Positions 8,681 through 18,210 of a DNA stretch of 64,000 bases are shown here, one piece after another (position 1 is the first letter of the stretch; each line of letters starts with the position of its first letter). The position numbers and the translations under genes are program-made. The notes under the pieces were generated by a model. The model did no database searches. It worked only from the letters and a program-made list of their open reading frames with translations, and was not told the origin of the DNA. This DNA comes from Pontiella sp. Lineage in GTDB: Bacteria > Verrucomicrobiota > Kiritimatiellia > Kiritimatiellales > Pontiellaceae. The DNA lies in assembly GCA_050298955.1 (NCBI GenBank), contig JBNKVA010000004.1:63690-127689 (forward strand), in the 5' to 3' direction.

Positions 8681-9565
8681 CTACTCGTCCGGTTCGATAT
8701 GGACCGTGACATCGGCAATGGACGGTCCTTTTTCAAGCAGAAGGTGCTGAACCGCAGTGGCGATGTCGTGCCCATCCCGGACGGAAAGCTTGCCGTCGAC
8801 CAGCACGTGCAGATCCACAAACCAGCCTGCACCAAGCCTCCGGCTGCGCAGGCGGTGAATGGAGCAGACGCCGTCGACCGATTTAGCCAGGCGGGCGATA
8901 TCCTGAACGTCCTCATCGTCTGCTCCCCGTTCGGAGAGTTCCGACAGCGCGGGGGACGCGATCTCCCACGCGACCTTGACGATGAGTCCGGCCACCAGCA
9001 CGGCGCCCAGTGCATCAAGGAAAGCCCAGCGGGGATTCATAGCTGCAATGCTTACGGTTACAAGTGCCGGTACTGAGCTGAGGGCATCGCTGCGGTGGTG
9101 CCATGCATTGGCGATAAGTGCCGATGAGTGAATCCGTTTGCCCACCGCCCGGGTTCTTCGGAAGAGAATCTCCTTGGCCACGATCGACACCAGCGGGCCC
9201 GCTATCGCAAACAGGAGAGGAGGGCGGCTCGCTTTCCCGCCGAGCCGTTCAACGGCATCCCATCCGATTTCGAAGGCCACAACGACCAGCAGTACGCTGA
9301 TGACGAAGGTGATGATGGTTTCAATGCGCTGGTGGCCGTAGGGGTGCTGTTTGTCGGCGGGTGCAGACCAGAATTTGATGCCGAACCACACCATCAGGTC
9401 GGTCGCCATGTCCGACAGGCTGTGAACGGCATCCGCAATCACCGCCTGGGAATGGCCCAGTATGCCCAGTGCAAACTTGCTGATGGAAAGCAACAGGTTG
9501 ACGGCCATGCCGATGACGGTGATCTGTCTTGCCTCGCGTGTGTCCAGACTCATGGACTGCATCAT
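8681..9565 (-). CDS. Cation diffusion facilitator (FieF/MMT1-like) transporter
   Basis: S.A.IADAVHSLSD, HPYGH.R.E, ANAWHHRSD, C-terminal HRLRSR..G..VDLH..V and VHIEP. Confidence 0.92.
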   Translation of the reverse strand: MMQSMSLDTREARQITVIGMAVNLLLSISKFALGILGHSQAVIADAVHSLSDMATDLMVWFGIKFWSAPADKQHPYGHQRIETIITFVISVLLVVVAFEIGWDAVERLGGKASRPPLLFAIAGPLVSIVAKEILFRRTRAVGKRIHSSALIANAWHHRSDALSSVPALVTVSIAAMNPRWAFLDALGAVLVAGLIVKVAWEIASPALSELSERGADDEDVQDIARLAKSVDGVCSIHRLRSRRLGAGWFVDLHVLVDGKLSVRDGHDIATAVQHLLLEKGPSIADVTVHIEPDE

Positions 9566-9656
9566 ACGGCGGTTTTGGTCGGCATGGCAAGACGGGAGGG
9601 TTTATCGCGTAATGGGAATGCATTGTTTTTCTACCCAATGACGTTATTCTTCCGAT

Positions 9657-10964
9657 ATGAGATTAAGGGCAACCATTCTGTTTCTGCTTTTGCCGCTGAT
9701 GGCGTGGTCGGCGACGCTGCGCATGGAAGGTGACCGCGTCTGGCTGGAGGGACAGGGCACTTCACTGGTCAAGGTGCTCGACCTGTTTGAAAAATGCGGG
9801 GTGGATGTGCTGATTGATCCGTCGATCGATGTGGGCCGGATCTCCGGCACCTGGGAAAACGCAAAGGTGGAACGCGTTATTTCCGGCATGGTGAGTCCCT
9901 ACAGCTACCTGCTTGAATGGAAACGAGTGAACGGTCCGCTCGGCGAGTTTGATCAGCTTTCATCCATTCGCATCTTTTCGGACGGGAATGAATCCTCTGT
10001 CACGAAGCTGGGCGAAGGCCGCAGGGTGCTGGATGTGGTGGAAGGTGCGGGCGGCATCAAGTATCTCCGGAGCGAGATCATGATCGGGTTTTCGGACGGG
10101 GCAACGGAAAAGGACCTGAATGCACTGCTGGCCAAACTGGGTGGTACCGTCATCGATGTCATCGATCCGCCCGGGCTGTACCGCATCCGAATCGACGATG
10201 GGCTGTCGGTCGAGGAGGCCATGGCGATTGCCCAGGCACAAGAGAAGGTCGAGGGAGCCGAGCCGAACCTGGCCTTCCCGCGAATGGACAGCGTGAACGT
10301 TCCGTCTGCCGGCACGAGTGAAGGGATCAACCTGCACCTCCAGCCGGGTGAAACCGCCATAGCCGTGTTCGATTCGGGACTCGATCCTCAGTATGCCGAC
10401 ATGCCGTTTATTCGTGGCACCTACAATGCCATCGATCCGTCCGATTCGATCTATGATCCCACCGGCCACGGCACATTGACTTCACTCATTGCTTCAGGCG
10501 CATTGACGCCGATCGGCGCCGCGCCCGCCGATACGGGTGCGCCGGTCCTTTCGGTCATGGCATTCGATGAAAATGGTATGACCAGTTCCGATACCATATT
10601 CCGGGCGCTCGATTATGCCGCAAACTCCGGGGCCTCCGTGGTCAGTATGAGCTGGGGTTCCGAGATCAACAGCAGCTTTCTGAAGGCGGCGATGGATTAT
10701 GCGACCATGAACGGTTTGACGCTCTATGCCTCCGCCGGCAATGAGCCGACGGGTACGCCGATCTATCCCGCCGGCTATGATTCGGTGATTGCAGTGGGCG
10801 GCCTGAACCCGGACGGATCGGTCTGGGAAAACTCCAACTACGGCGACTTTGTTCAGATCTACGAAGCCGCCATTGCCGACTTCAATGGACAGACCTACGC
10901 CGGAACCTCGATTGCCAGCCCCTATGCAGCCTTCCTGTCGGTGACGGTCTCTCAGACCGACTGA
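9657..10964 (+). CDS. Secreted S8 (subtilisin-like) serine peptidase with N-terminal accessory domains
   Basis: Signal peptide; catalytic triad AVFDSG, GHGT, GTSIASP; oxyanion ASAGN; propeptide ending AEPN. Confidence 0.85.
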   Translation: MRLRATILFLLLPLMAWSATLRMEGDRVWLEGQGTSLVKVLDLFEKCGVDVLIDPSIDVGRISGTWENAKVERVISGMVSPYSYLLEWKRVNGPLGEFDQLSSIRIFSDGNESSVTKLGEGRRVLDVVEGAGGIKYLRSEIMIGFSDGATEKDLNALLAKLGGTVIDVIDPPGLYRIRIDDGLSVEEAMAIAQAQEKVEGAEPNLAFPRMDSVNVPSAGTSEGINLHLQPGETAIAVFDSGLDPQYADMPFIRGTYNAIDPSDSIYDPTGHGTLTSLIASGALTPIGAAPADTGAPVLSVMAFDENGMTSSDTIFRALDYAANSGASVVSMSWGSEINSSFLKAAMDYATMNGLTLYASAGNEPTGTPIYPAGYDSVIAVGGLNPDGSVWENSNYGDFVQIYEAAIADFNGQTYAGTSIASPYAAFLSVTVSQTD

Positions 10965-12169
10965 TCGTCCGGTTCCGCCGGCCGCGTCAGGGTCAGGTGA
11001 AGGTCGTTGATGAACCGTTTCTGGAATCCGGCTTCGCAGTAGCACAGATAGTAGATCCATTTGCGTTGGAAGGATTGGTCATATCCCATCTGTTCCAGCT
11101 GCGCCCGATTCTCCTCGAATGCCTTTCGCCAGCGACGCAAAGTTTCCGCGTAATGGATGCCGATATTGTCCAGGTTCTCGACCACGAAGGCGGAATGCTT
11201 CGTCATGGCTTTGGACAGTTCCGTGAGCGAGGGGAGCATGCCGCCGGGAAAGATATGTTTCTGGATCCAGTCCGGATTGCGCCGGTAGGTATCGTATCGC
11301 TGGTCCGGTATGGTGATGACCTGCAGGACGACACGTCCGCCGGGATTAAGCAGCCGGTCGCAGGTTCTGAAAAAGGTTCCGTAGTAGGCATGGCCGACCG
11401 CTTCGAGCATTTCAATGGAGACAATACGATCGTATGATCCGGTCATCTTCCGATAGTCGCAGAGGACGATCTCGACCCGGTCCTCCAGGCCTTCTTGTGC
11501 AACGCGCTCCCTCGCCAGTTTAAACTGCTCGTTCGAGATAGTGATGCCGGTTACACGGCATCCCGTTTGTTTGGCCGTTTCCACGGCAAAGCCTCCCCAG
11601 CCGCATCCGATCTCCAGGACATGATGTCCCGGCTTGATGTCTGCCAGCTCAGCCAGGCGGTGAATCTTGTTCTGTTGGGCCTGGCTCAGCGCTTCGTCGG
11701 GAGCGTGGAACAGGGCGCTGGAATACATCATGGTTTCATGATCGAGAAAGAGTCGGTAAAAATCGTTGCCAAGATCGTAGTGGGCGTGAATGTTTCGCCG
11801 GCTTCCGGTCACTGTATTCCTGTTCAGTGCGTGTTGGAGAAGGTGCTGAACCCGCTTGGCCAGGCCGCTGGTAAGTCCCGTGGGTTTCAGCTCTTCCATA
11901 TTGTCGATGAACAGTTCGAGCACACCCGTAAGGGTGTCGCTGTTCCAGTCGCCCTCCGTCCAGGCTTCACCCAATCCGATGTTTCCCCCGGTAACAAGAC
12001 GCGTAAAGAACCGGTAGCGCCTGATCATGATGGTGACCGGCTCCGACCGATTTCCGTAGTGGTACTCCGATCCGTCAGGAAGCTGTACCTTCAAATGACC
12101 TTTCTTAATGCGCGCCAGCTGCTGATCTACCAGCTTCATGCATCGTTTTTCAAAGGCGGTTGCCATCAT
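10952..12169 (-). CDS. Cfa-family fatty-acyl phospholipid methyltransferase (UfaM/CfaS-like)
   Basis: NIHAHYDLGNDFY, M.YSS, LEIGCGWGGFA, SIEMLEAVG, IFPGG.LP, HYAETLRRW, YYLCYCEAGF; ATGA overlap with the DUF1365 stop. Confidence 0.9.
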   Translation of the reverse strand: MMATAFEKRCMKLVDQQLARIKKGHLKVQLPDGSEYHYGNRSEPVTIMIRRYRFFTRLVTGGNIGLGEAWTEGDWNSDTLTGVLELFIDNMEELKPTGLTSGLAKRVQHLLQHALNRNTVTGSRRNIHAHYDLGNDFYRLFLDHETMMYSSALFHAPDEALSQAQQNKIHRLAELADIKPGHHVLEIGCGWGGFAVETAKQTGCRVTGITISNEQFKLARERVAQEGLEDRVEIVLCDYRKMTGSYDRIVSIEMLEAVGHAYYGTFFRTCDRLLNPGGRVVLQVITIPDQRYDTYRRNPDWIQKHIFPGGMLPSLTELSKAMTKHSAFVVENLDNIGIHYAETLRRWRKAFEENRAQLEQMGYDQSFQRKWIYYLCYCEAGFQKRFINDLHLTLTRPAEPDDQSV

Positions 12170-12915
12170 CTTCTCTCCTTGATCGTCATGGGGCTCGAGG
12201 GATTTGGTTTGGGGAAAACCGGCAGTTTCTTCCTGTAATGCAGGAGGGCCGCCTGCCAAAGGATTCTGGGCATGGTCATGAATGCATTGAAGGGGTGCCG
12301 CAGCATGGTTTTCCAAAGGTTCGAGGTCGTCAGCCGTCTGCCGGTTCCCCACATGGACGCATCCATTACCGTGTGGTCGTTGCGAACAAGCCGTATTGCG
12401 ATATGCAGATTATCGCCCGGTTCAGAGAAGATAAATTCATAGTGCCCATGCATATCGTTGAAGGGCGATACATGAAACTGCTTGTCCATGCGTCGTTTCA
12501 AGGGGAATCCGTCTCCGCCCTCCATGATGTACAGATGCCGCTCGCCGAAGGTGTTGTTGACTTCCGCCACCATGCAGGCCGCTGTGCCGTCGGATCGCAG
12601 ACAGTAATAAAAGCTGACCGGATTGAATATGCGCTTAATAAACCGGGCGACGGTTACCAAGATGATCCGCTCGATGTCATCCGTGTTGATGAATCGGGAC
12701 AGCCGCTCGCGAAATGGACCGTCACCGCAAAGATAATCCTGTTCCCGCAGGCTGACAGGCTGCCAGCGGTTGTAGCCGAAACCGCGTACACACCGGTCGA
12801 GCTCGGGCAGCTCGTCAAGCTCGATGGCATAAAAGCAATAGGGAAAAACCCATTGATGTAGGCATGGGCTTTTCCGCACATGCATCACTTTGCCGCTGTA
12901 TATCCTGCTCTTCAT
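12166..12915 (-). CDS. DUF1365 family protein (UfaO-like)
   Basis: IY.G.V.H.R..P..H, FNPVSFYYC, AEVNNTFGERH.Y, K.FHVSPF, I.WQA..L. Confidence 0.9.
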   Translation of the reverse strand: MKSRIYSGKVMHVRKSPCLHQWVFPYCFYAIELDELPELDRCVRGFGYNRWQPVSLREQDYLCGDGPFRERLSRFINTDDIERIILVTVARFIKRIFNPVSFYYCLRSDGTAACMVAEVNNTFGERHLYIMEGGDGFPLKRRMDKQFHVSPFNDMHGHYEFIFSEPGDNLHIAIRLVRNDHTVMDASMWGTGRRLTTSNLWKTMLRHPFNAFMTMPRILWQAALLHYRKKLPVFPKPNPSSPMTIKERR

Positions 12916-14168
12916 AGTTCGATTTCGAATGCCCGGGCCACTTCGACGGCCGAACGCACGGCATCTTCGTGAAAACCGTTGCCAAAGTAACTGCCCGCAA
13001 ACCAGGTCCTGTTGGTTCCATTGAGTTCCTTGAGCCTCGGCCGCTGGGCGAGTGCCTCGCGTGTGTACATCGGATGTTCGTATTGGAAATCACGAATAAT
13101 ACCGCGCGGCTCGTTCGGCAGGTTCAGAGAAACAAAATACTGGTTTCGGGTATGGAGACCCTGGAGGCGGTTCATGTGATAGGTGAGGCAGGTTTCAGTG
13201 CCGCCTATACGGGTGAAGTTCCATGAACTCCAGACTTTTTTCAGCGGCGGCATAACCGATTCGTCGGTATGCAGCAGGGTGCGGCTGCGGGTATACTGCC
13301 AGCAGCCCAAAAGGGTTTGCTCGGTTGGTGAAGGATCGCCTAACAGGCGCAGCGCCTGATCGGCGTGCGTGGCAAGGATAATCTGGTCGAAGAGTGCACT
13401 CTCGCCGTTTTTAAACTGCATCTCCACACCCTGCGCTGAGCGGAGAATCTGCTTGATCGACACAGCTGTCCGAATGCCGGCATTCGTCCACTGCTTCCGC
13501 ATTCGTTCGATGTAATCACCGCTGCCGCCCAGAACCGTTTTCCATTGCGGACGCTCATTCAGGCTGAGCAGCCCGTGGTTGTTGAAAAACTGAAGGAAAC
13601 TCTGTGCGGGAAAACTCATCATCTCTTCGCATGGAGTCGACCAGATGGCCGAGCCCATGGGAATCAGATGATGATCGATAAACGTCCGGCTGAACCGGTA
13701 GCGGGCCAGGTATTCGCCCAGGGTCTCATCCTCGAGCCCGCGGTCGGAAAGGTCCGCTTGTGCCGTTTTGAAAAACCGCATTACATCGCGCACCATGCGA
13801 TGGAAGCCGGGACGGATCAGGTTGGAACGCTGAGCGAACAAGCCATCTAGCCCGCTGCCACAGTACTGCAGACCGGAGGGGATATCGTAGTAGCCGAACG
13901 ACATGCTGCTGTCGCGCAGGTTCACCCCCAGCTGTTCAAAGAGCCGGGTCAGCAGGGGGTAGTTTCGATGGTTCATCACAATAAAGCCGGTGTCAACCGG
14001 TGTGCCGGCATCAGGCCCATCCGGGATGATGACCGTGTTGGTGTGGCCGCCCAACCGCGTATCCTGTTCGATCAACGTCACCCGATGTCTGCGCTGAAGG
14101 AGGTGGGTCGCAGTCAGCCCGGCCGCACCCGAGCCGATCACGGCGATGTTCATCGGTTCATCCTTCAT
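12912..14168 (-). CDS. FAD-dependent oxidoreductase, amine-oxidase family (UfaD-like)
   Basis: IAVIGSGAAGL, RLGGHTNT, VDTGFIV.N..NYP, WSSWN, TY.MN.LQ, GFHEDA. Start at 14168 or 14153. Confidence 0.9.
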   Translation of the reverse strand: MKDEPMNIAVIGSGAAGLTATHLLQRRHRVTLIEQDTRLGGHTNTVIIPDGPDAGTPVDTGFIVMNHRNYPLLTRLFEQLGVNLRDSSMSFGYYDIPSGLQYCGSGLDGLFAQRSNLIRPGFHRMVRDVMRFFKTAQADLSDRGLEDETLGEYLARYRFSRTFIDHHLIPMGSAIWSTPCEEMMSFPAQSFLQFFNNHGLLSLNERPQWKTVLGGSGDYIERMRKQWTNAGIRTAVSIKQILRSAQGVEMQFKNGESALFDQIILATHADQALRLLGDPSPTEQTLLGCWQYTRSRTLLHTDESVMPPLKKVWSSWNFTRIGGTETCLTYHMNRLQGLHTRNQYFVSLNLPNEPRGIIRDFQYEHPMYTREALAQRPRLKELNGTNRTWFAGSYFGNGFHEDAVRSAVEVARAFEIEL

Positions 14169-14724
14169 CTTGCTGATCCCGGCTTGCGCCCAGTAAAGCA
14201 CGCTTCATGGTTTGACTGCTGGGTTTTTCACCCAGCCAGACCGTAAAATAGGCATTCGCAAAATCATCACAAGGGATCGTCACTACAGGCTGCTCATTGA
14301 ACAGGTAGCTCAAGCCCTTGCCGGGCTGATGGATAATAGATGCCATCGCACCTTTCTCCCCGTTGCGGTAAGCGCGGTGCAGCTGATCGATATGCGGTTT
14401 CAGGGTGGAGAGCTGACGGATGTTTAAATTCCGGCTCAGCGTTTCATTGGCGGCACGGATCATGAATTTTTTCGGTGTGTAATGATAAAAGTGGATATCC
14501 AGCCGTTTGGGCGTGTTGTCCATGCCCGCTTGCTCAACCCCCGATTCGTCCACATACAGGGCCCCCGCATAGACCTTAAAAAAGAAACCCTTTTTCAGGA
14601 CGCCGGCTCCAAGCAGCTTCATGTTGCCGCGTTGTTCAGGTATGTCAATTCCACCTACCTCAATGGCCTGTGCGTTCCCAGAGAGGAAGGTCAGCAGGGT
14701 CAGCATGTATATGCGTGCAATCAT
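14158..14724 (-). CDS. Exported chalcone-isomerase-like (fatty-acid-binding fold) protein
   Basis: Signal peptide ending AQA; L.GAG....FFFKVYAGALY; C-terminal F..WLGEKP....K.ALLG. Confidence 0.82.
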   Translation of the reverse strand: MIARIYMLTLLTFLSGNAQAIEVGGIDIPEQRGNMKLLGAGVLKKGFFFKVYAGALYVDESGVEQAGMDNTPKRLDIHFYHYTPKKFMIRAANETLSRNLNIRQLSTLKPHIDQLHRAYRNGEKGAMASIIHQPGKGLSYLFNEQPVVTIPCDDFANAYFTVWLGEKPSSQTMKRALLGASRDQQDEG

Positions 14725-15254
14725 TTTTTATCATGCATGGTGTGTTCAATGATCTCGAGCCGGTTCGTATCGAACCCGAATCCTGCGGCGACATCGACCA
14801 GGCGTTGAAGTTCAGTTTCCGGGATCTTCGGATCCCGCACGAGAATCCAGAGGTAGTTGTAGGTCGGTCCGGTTACAATCGCCTCCGTATACTGCTCGTC
14901 GAGGTAGAGGATCTTATAGGACGCATAGAACGGCTTGAAAAAACTGACCTTGAGCCATCCTGTATCAGGGTCTCCTTTAAATCGGGCTGTTCCTACGGCC
15001 TGTTCCCACTCGCCGGTCGATACATTGTATCCGCGGTTTACGACCTTGATCGTTCCATCGTCATTATGCGTGTAAGCCGCTGTGACCGATGTTAGGTGCC
15101 TTTCGAATCGATGAGGGAAACGTGCCGCCTCGTACCAGGTTCCTAGATAACGGTCGACGTCGAATCCCGTAACCACCTCAAGCCCGGACGTTGTCCGACA
15201 ACCGCTTAGCAGCAGCGCTGCCAGCAGGAGTATCTGGAGTCCGACCCACTTCAT
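14721..15254 (-). CDS. blc: Bacterial lipocalin lipoprotein
   Basis: Lipobox LLSGC; FD..RYLG.WYE.AR..H.FE; LKVSFF.PF...Y; YLWIL.R.P. Confidence 0.92.
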   Translation of the reverse strand: MKWVGLQILLLAALLLSGCRTTSGLEVVTGFDVDRYLGTWYEAARFPHRFERHLTSVTAAYTHNDDGTIKVVNRGYNVSTGEWEQAVGTARFKGDPDTGWLKVSFFKPFYASYKILYLDEQYTEAIVTGPTYNYLWILVRDPKIPETELQRLVDVAAGFGFDTNRLEIIEHTMHDKK

Positions 15255-15823
15255 TTTGCCAGTTCGGCCTCGATGGCCGACACCAGTTCTTTGTCACCGG
15301 GTGCTGTCCGGCTTCCGAAACGGTTTACAATTCTGCCTTCCCTTGAGATCAGAAACTTGTTGAAGTTCCAGCTGATCTTTCCGCTGAACTCAGGGTTGGT
15401 TTCTTTGGACGTCAGGAAGGCGTACAGCGGATGCCGGTCCGAACCTTTGACCTTGATTTTTGCAAACATCGGGAAGGTCACGCCGTAGTTGACCTTGCAG
15501 AACTGCGCGATTTCCTCATTGGTGCCTGGCTCCTGGCTCATGAAATCATTGGACGGGAATCCGAGAATGACAAAATCCCTGTCCTTGTATTCGGTGTAGA
15601 GATCCTGCAGTCCTTCGTACTGTCCGGTAAATCCGCATCTGCTGGCGGTGTTTACGATCAAAAGCACCTTTCCTTTGAACTGTTTCATTTCGATGGTATC
15701 GCCGTTTATGGTGTCGGCTTCAATGTCGTAAAAATTCTTCACGGGAACCTCCTCAGGCGTTTGGGCCATGCATCCTGTAAGCAGAAAAAGTACAGCAAGG
15801 GTACTGCATAATATCGTCTTCAT
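15251..15823 (-). CDS. Cys-type glutathione peroxidase family lipoprotein
   Basis: GKVLLIVNTASRCGFT.QY, LGFPSNDF..QEPG, WNFNKFL; lipobox LLTGC. Confidence 0.92.
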   Translation of the reverse strand: MKTILCSTLAVLFLLTGCMAQTPEEVPVKNFYDIEADTINGDTIEMKQFKGKVLLIVNTASRCGFTGQYEGLQDLYTEYKDRDFVILGFPSNDFMSQEPGTNEEIAQFCKVNYGVTFPMFAKIKVKGSDRHPLYAFLTSKETNPEFSGKISWNFNKFLISREGRIVNRFGSRTAPGDKELVSAIEAELAK

Positions 15824-16428
15824 TCTTCCAATCCTTTCATGATTTTTCCTTTTACCAGCCGCGTCCAGAAGCCGACCACCGGCAGCCGATCCAGCATTGC
15901 GCTGGTATCCCAGTAGTCCTGCTGAAACACGATTTTTCCATCTTCATTGAAACGAACATGGGACAGGCCGATAGCGGTGATGGGCTCATCCCCGGCGGCC
16001 TTGGAGACCAGGTGCATGGTCCAGTGCGCATAATATTCCTTCCCGGATCGATGAATGCCATCGATCGTGAATGTGCATGATTGAACCGGTTCGGCCATCG
16101 TCACGAAATAGTGCTCAATGTCATCAATTCCCTGCACGGTGTGATAGGGATCGCCAAACCATGCGTCTTCCGCATAGACCGCCCGAATGCCCTTGCGGAT
16201 CGCCTCCGCGGAGTAGACGGCATAAAAGTCCTCAAACCGTTTCAGCGCTTCATGCTCGGTTGGGCTGCCGGCTTTCATGGGCTCAAGGTCCGCTGTCCGC
16301 TTCAACGCATTGCGGTAGTCATCAAGGTCCGGACCCTGGGTTTTGGTTGAACAGGCTGGCTGCATACTTATTCCCGTCAAAATGAGCAGACTCAGCGTTT
16401 TCGGAAAAGGTAGTGGGCTACGTACCAT
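15820..16428 (-). CDS. NTF2/SnoaL-like protein, probably exported
   Basis: Y.EDA.F.DP...V.G...I..YF, G.S...F...GKI..QQDYWD. ATG 16428 has a strong GGAGGGAG SD and a hydrophobic leader ending QPAC. Confidence 0.8.
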   Translation of the reverse strand: MVRSPLPFPKTLSLLILTGISMQPACSTKTQGPDLDDYRNALKRTADLEPMKAGSPTEHEALKRFEDFYAVYSAEAIRKGIRAVYAEDAWFGDPYHTVQGIDDIEHYFVTMAEPVQSCTFTIDGIHRSGKEYYAHWTMHLVSKAAGDEPITAIGLSHVRFNEDGKIVFQQDYWDTSAMLDRLPVVGFWTRLVKGKIMKGLEE

Positions 16429-17411
16429 TCTTCTCCCTCCTTGAACGCAAACAGTTCCTCGCAGGCCATAAAGAATATGCGCCATCGGCCATACTGGCGG
16501 CGGGCCTCCTCTTTGCCGTGGTGCTCTGCCAGTATGTCGATGGCCTTGGACTGGTTCCGGTCGATGTTTTCCAGCCACGCCCTGAGCGTGCGGGCATAGT
16601 GCGTGCCGTTGATGCGCCAATGCCGCTCCACGAGCATATCTTCATTGAGCATCAAGGGAAGCTGTTCGGATGGCATCAACCCTTCCTTGAAAAAGTGCTC
16701 GGCCATCCAGTTCACGTCGCCGGAATCATTAAATAGGTAGGCCAGCTCGCGGTGCACAAAGATGTGGATGAAGAGCCGACCTTCATCTCTAAGCCATCCA
16801 TTGATGCGCTGAAGTAAACCGGGCCAGTTTCGCATGTGCTCGAACATTTCAACCGACACCACCCGGTCAAACTGCTGATTCGGCCGGAAGTCATTCATGT
16901 CGGCAGTCACCACGGTCAGGTTGGGCATGCCCCGGGCGTCAATAAAATGCTTTTGGGCTTTCGAATTGGAGACGGCGGTAATCCTGGCGTCGGGAAAATG
17001 CCGGGCCATCCATAGCGACAGGGAACCCCATCCGCAACCCAGCTCCAGAATCTCCATGCCGTCTTCCAGTTCCGCCCGCAGCACGGTCATTTCCAGCATG
17101 GTTTCTTCGGCACGCTGCAGCGTACTGTCGTTTTCGGGCCAGAATCCGCTGCTGTATTTAAGGTGCGGACCCATAAAGGTTTCAAACAGCCGGGCGGGCA
17201 CCTCGTAATGCTGCTCGTTCGCATCGTCCGTGGCCAGGGCGATGGGCCCGTCGCGCATCTGGTCAATGAAGGCATAAAGTTTGTCGAGCTGCATTTCGCC
17301 GGAGGCGGCGGATTCCTTTCTCAGCCGGTCGCGCAGCAGTTTCCGGATGCCTGCACGAATGGCGGTGTCGGGCATTTTTCCTTTTTCGGCAAGTTCCATA
17401 AAATCAATCAT
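16392..17411 (-). CDS. Second Cfa-like SAM methyltransferase (CNMT-like subfamily)
   Basis: ANEQHYEVP, LKYSS, LELGCGWGSLSL, AVSNS..Q, SVEMFEHMRN, WR.FFMACEELF. Confidence 0.9.
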   Translation of the reverse strand: MIDFMELAEKGKMPDTAIRAGIRKLLRDRLRKESAASGEMQLDKLYAFIDQMRDGPIALATDDANEQHYEVPARLFETFMGPHLKYSSGFWPENDSTLQRAEETMLEMTVLRAELEDGMEILELGCGWGSLSLWMARHFPDARITAVSNSKAQKHFIDARGMPNLTVVTADMNDFRPNQQFDRVVSVEMFEHMRNWPGLLQRINGWLRDEGRLFIHIFVHRELAYLFNDSGDVNWMAEHFFKEGLMPSEQLPLMLNEDMLVERHWRINGTHYARTLRAWLENIDRNQSKAIDILAEHHGKEEARRQYGRWRIFFMACEELFAFKEGEEWYVAHYLFRKR

Positions 17412-18210
17412 GGCTGAACCTCTCTTTTCGCGGGATGGGGATGAGCATGTTCACGGTCTGCTGATACTCGCGGTAGCGATCGCCCCGCTTGGCCACGGCT
17501 TCGCGTTCGACGTGCGGAATTCCGGTGACTTTCATGAGAAACAGATACATGGCTGCAGGGCCGATCAGTGCCAGTCCAAATCCCGGAGCACCGATCGCCA
17601 GCAGGACGTAGGCAAACCAGTGGATCCACTCGAAGAAATAGTTCGGGTGGCGCGACCAGTTCCAAAGGCCGTCCCGGCAGACCGCTCCTCTGTTTTCAGG
17701 TTTGTTGCGGAATCGGGCCAACTGCCGGTCAGCCAGCCATTCCCCGCCCATGGCGATCATCCATAGAATCACGGCCAGCAGATCCGTCATACCGAGCGGT
17801 GCGGTTTTGACGGCTCCGGGCAGGAAGGGCAGGGTAAAAAGTACAACCAGCAGCGACTGTGCAGTGAAAAAGAAAAAGAACCAGCGGTTGGCCGCAGCGC
17901 CCCAGTGTGCACGCAACCGCTTATAACGCGAGTCTTCATGGCCGTTCAGGATGCGATCCTTCAGAATATATACGGCAAGCCGGAACGCCCATATGCCGCA
18001 CATCAAAGCCAGCAGGATCCGGCGACTCAGCAGGCCTTCGCCGACCAACGCAATGCAAACTGCCATGGCGCCGACACCGATGGTCCATCCGATATCGACG
18101 ACTCCGGCATCACGTCGGATCACCTGGATGATCCACAGCACAACGAAGAGCAGAAAGGATCCTGCCAGGCCGTATATCAGCGCCGGGCCAAAATAGAGCA
18201 TCTCACTCAT
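17404..18210 (-). CDS. DUF1295 (steroid 5-alpha-reductase/ICMT-like) membrane protein
   Basis: VVD..W, W..RL, EDSRY, E..AD.QL..F, GLW.WSRHPNYFFE, Y.EYQ. Confidence 0.9.
   Translation of the reverse strand: MSEMLYFGPALIYGLAGSFLLFVVLWIIQVIRRDAGVVDIGWTIGVGAMAVCIALVGEGLLSRRILLALMCGIWAFRLAVYILKDRILNGHEDSRYKRLRAHWGAAANRWFFFFFTAQSLLVVLFTLPFLPGAVKTAPLGMTDLLAVILWMIAMGGEWLADRQLARFRNKPENRGAVCRDGLWNWSRHPNYFFEWIHWFAYVLLAIGAPGFGLALIGPAAMYLFLMKVTGIPHVEREAVAKRGDRYREYQQTVNMLIPIPRKERFSHD

Noticed and set aside
15620-15650. Possible selenocysteine in the glutathione peroxidase
   Set aside because: The active-site codon is TGC (Cys); there is no in-frame TGA.
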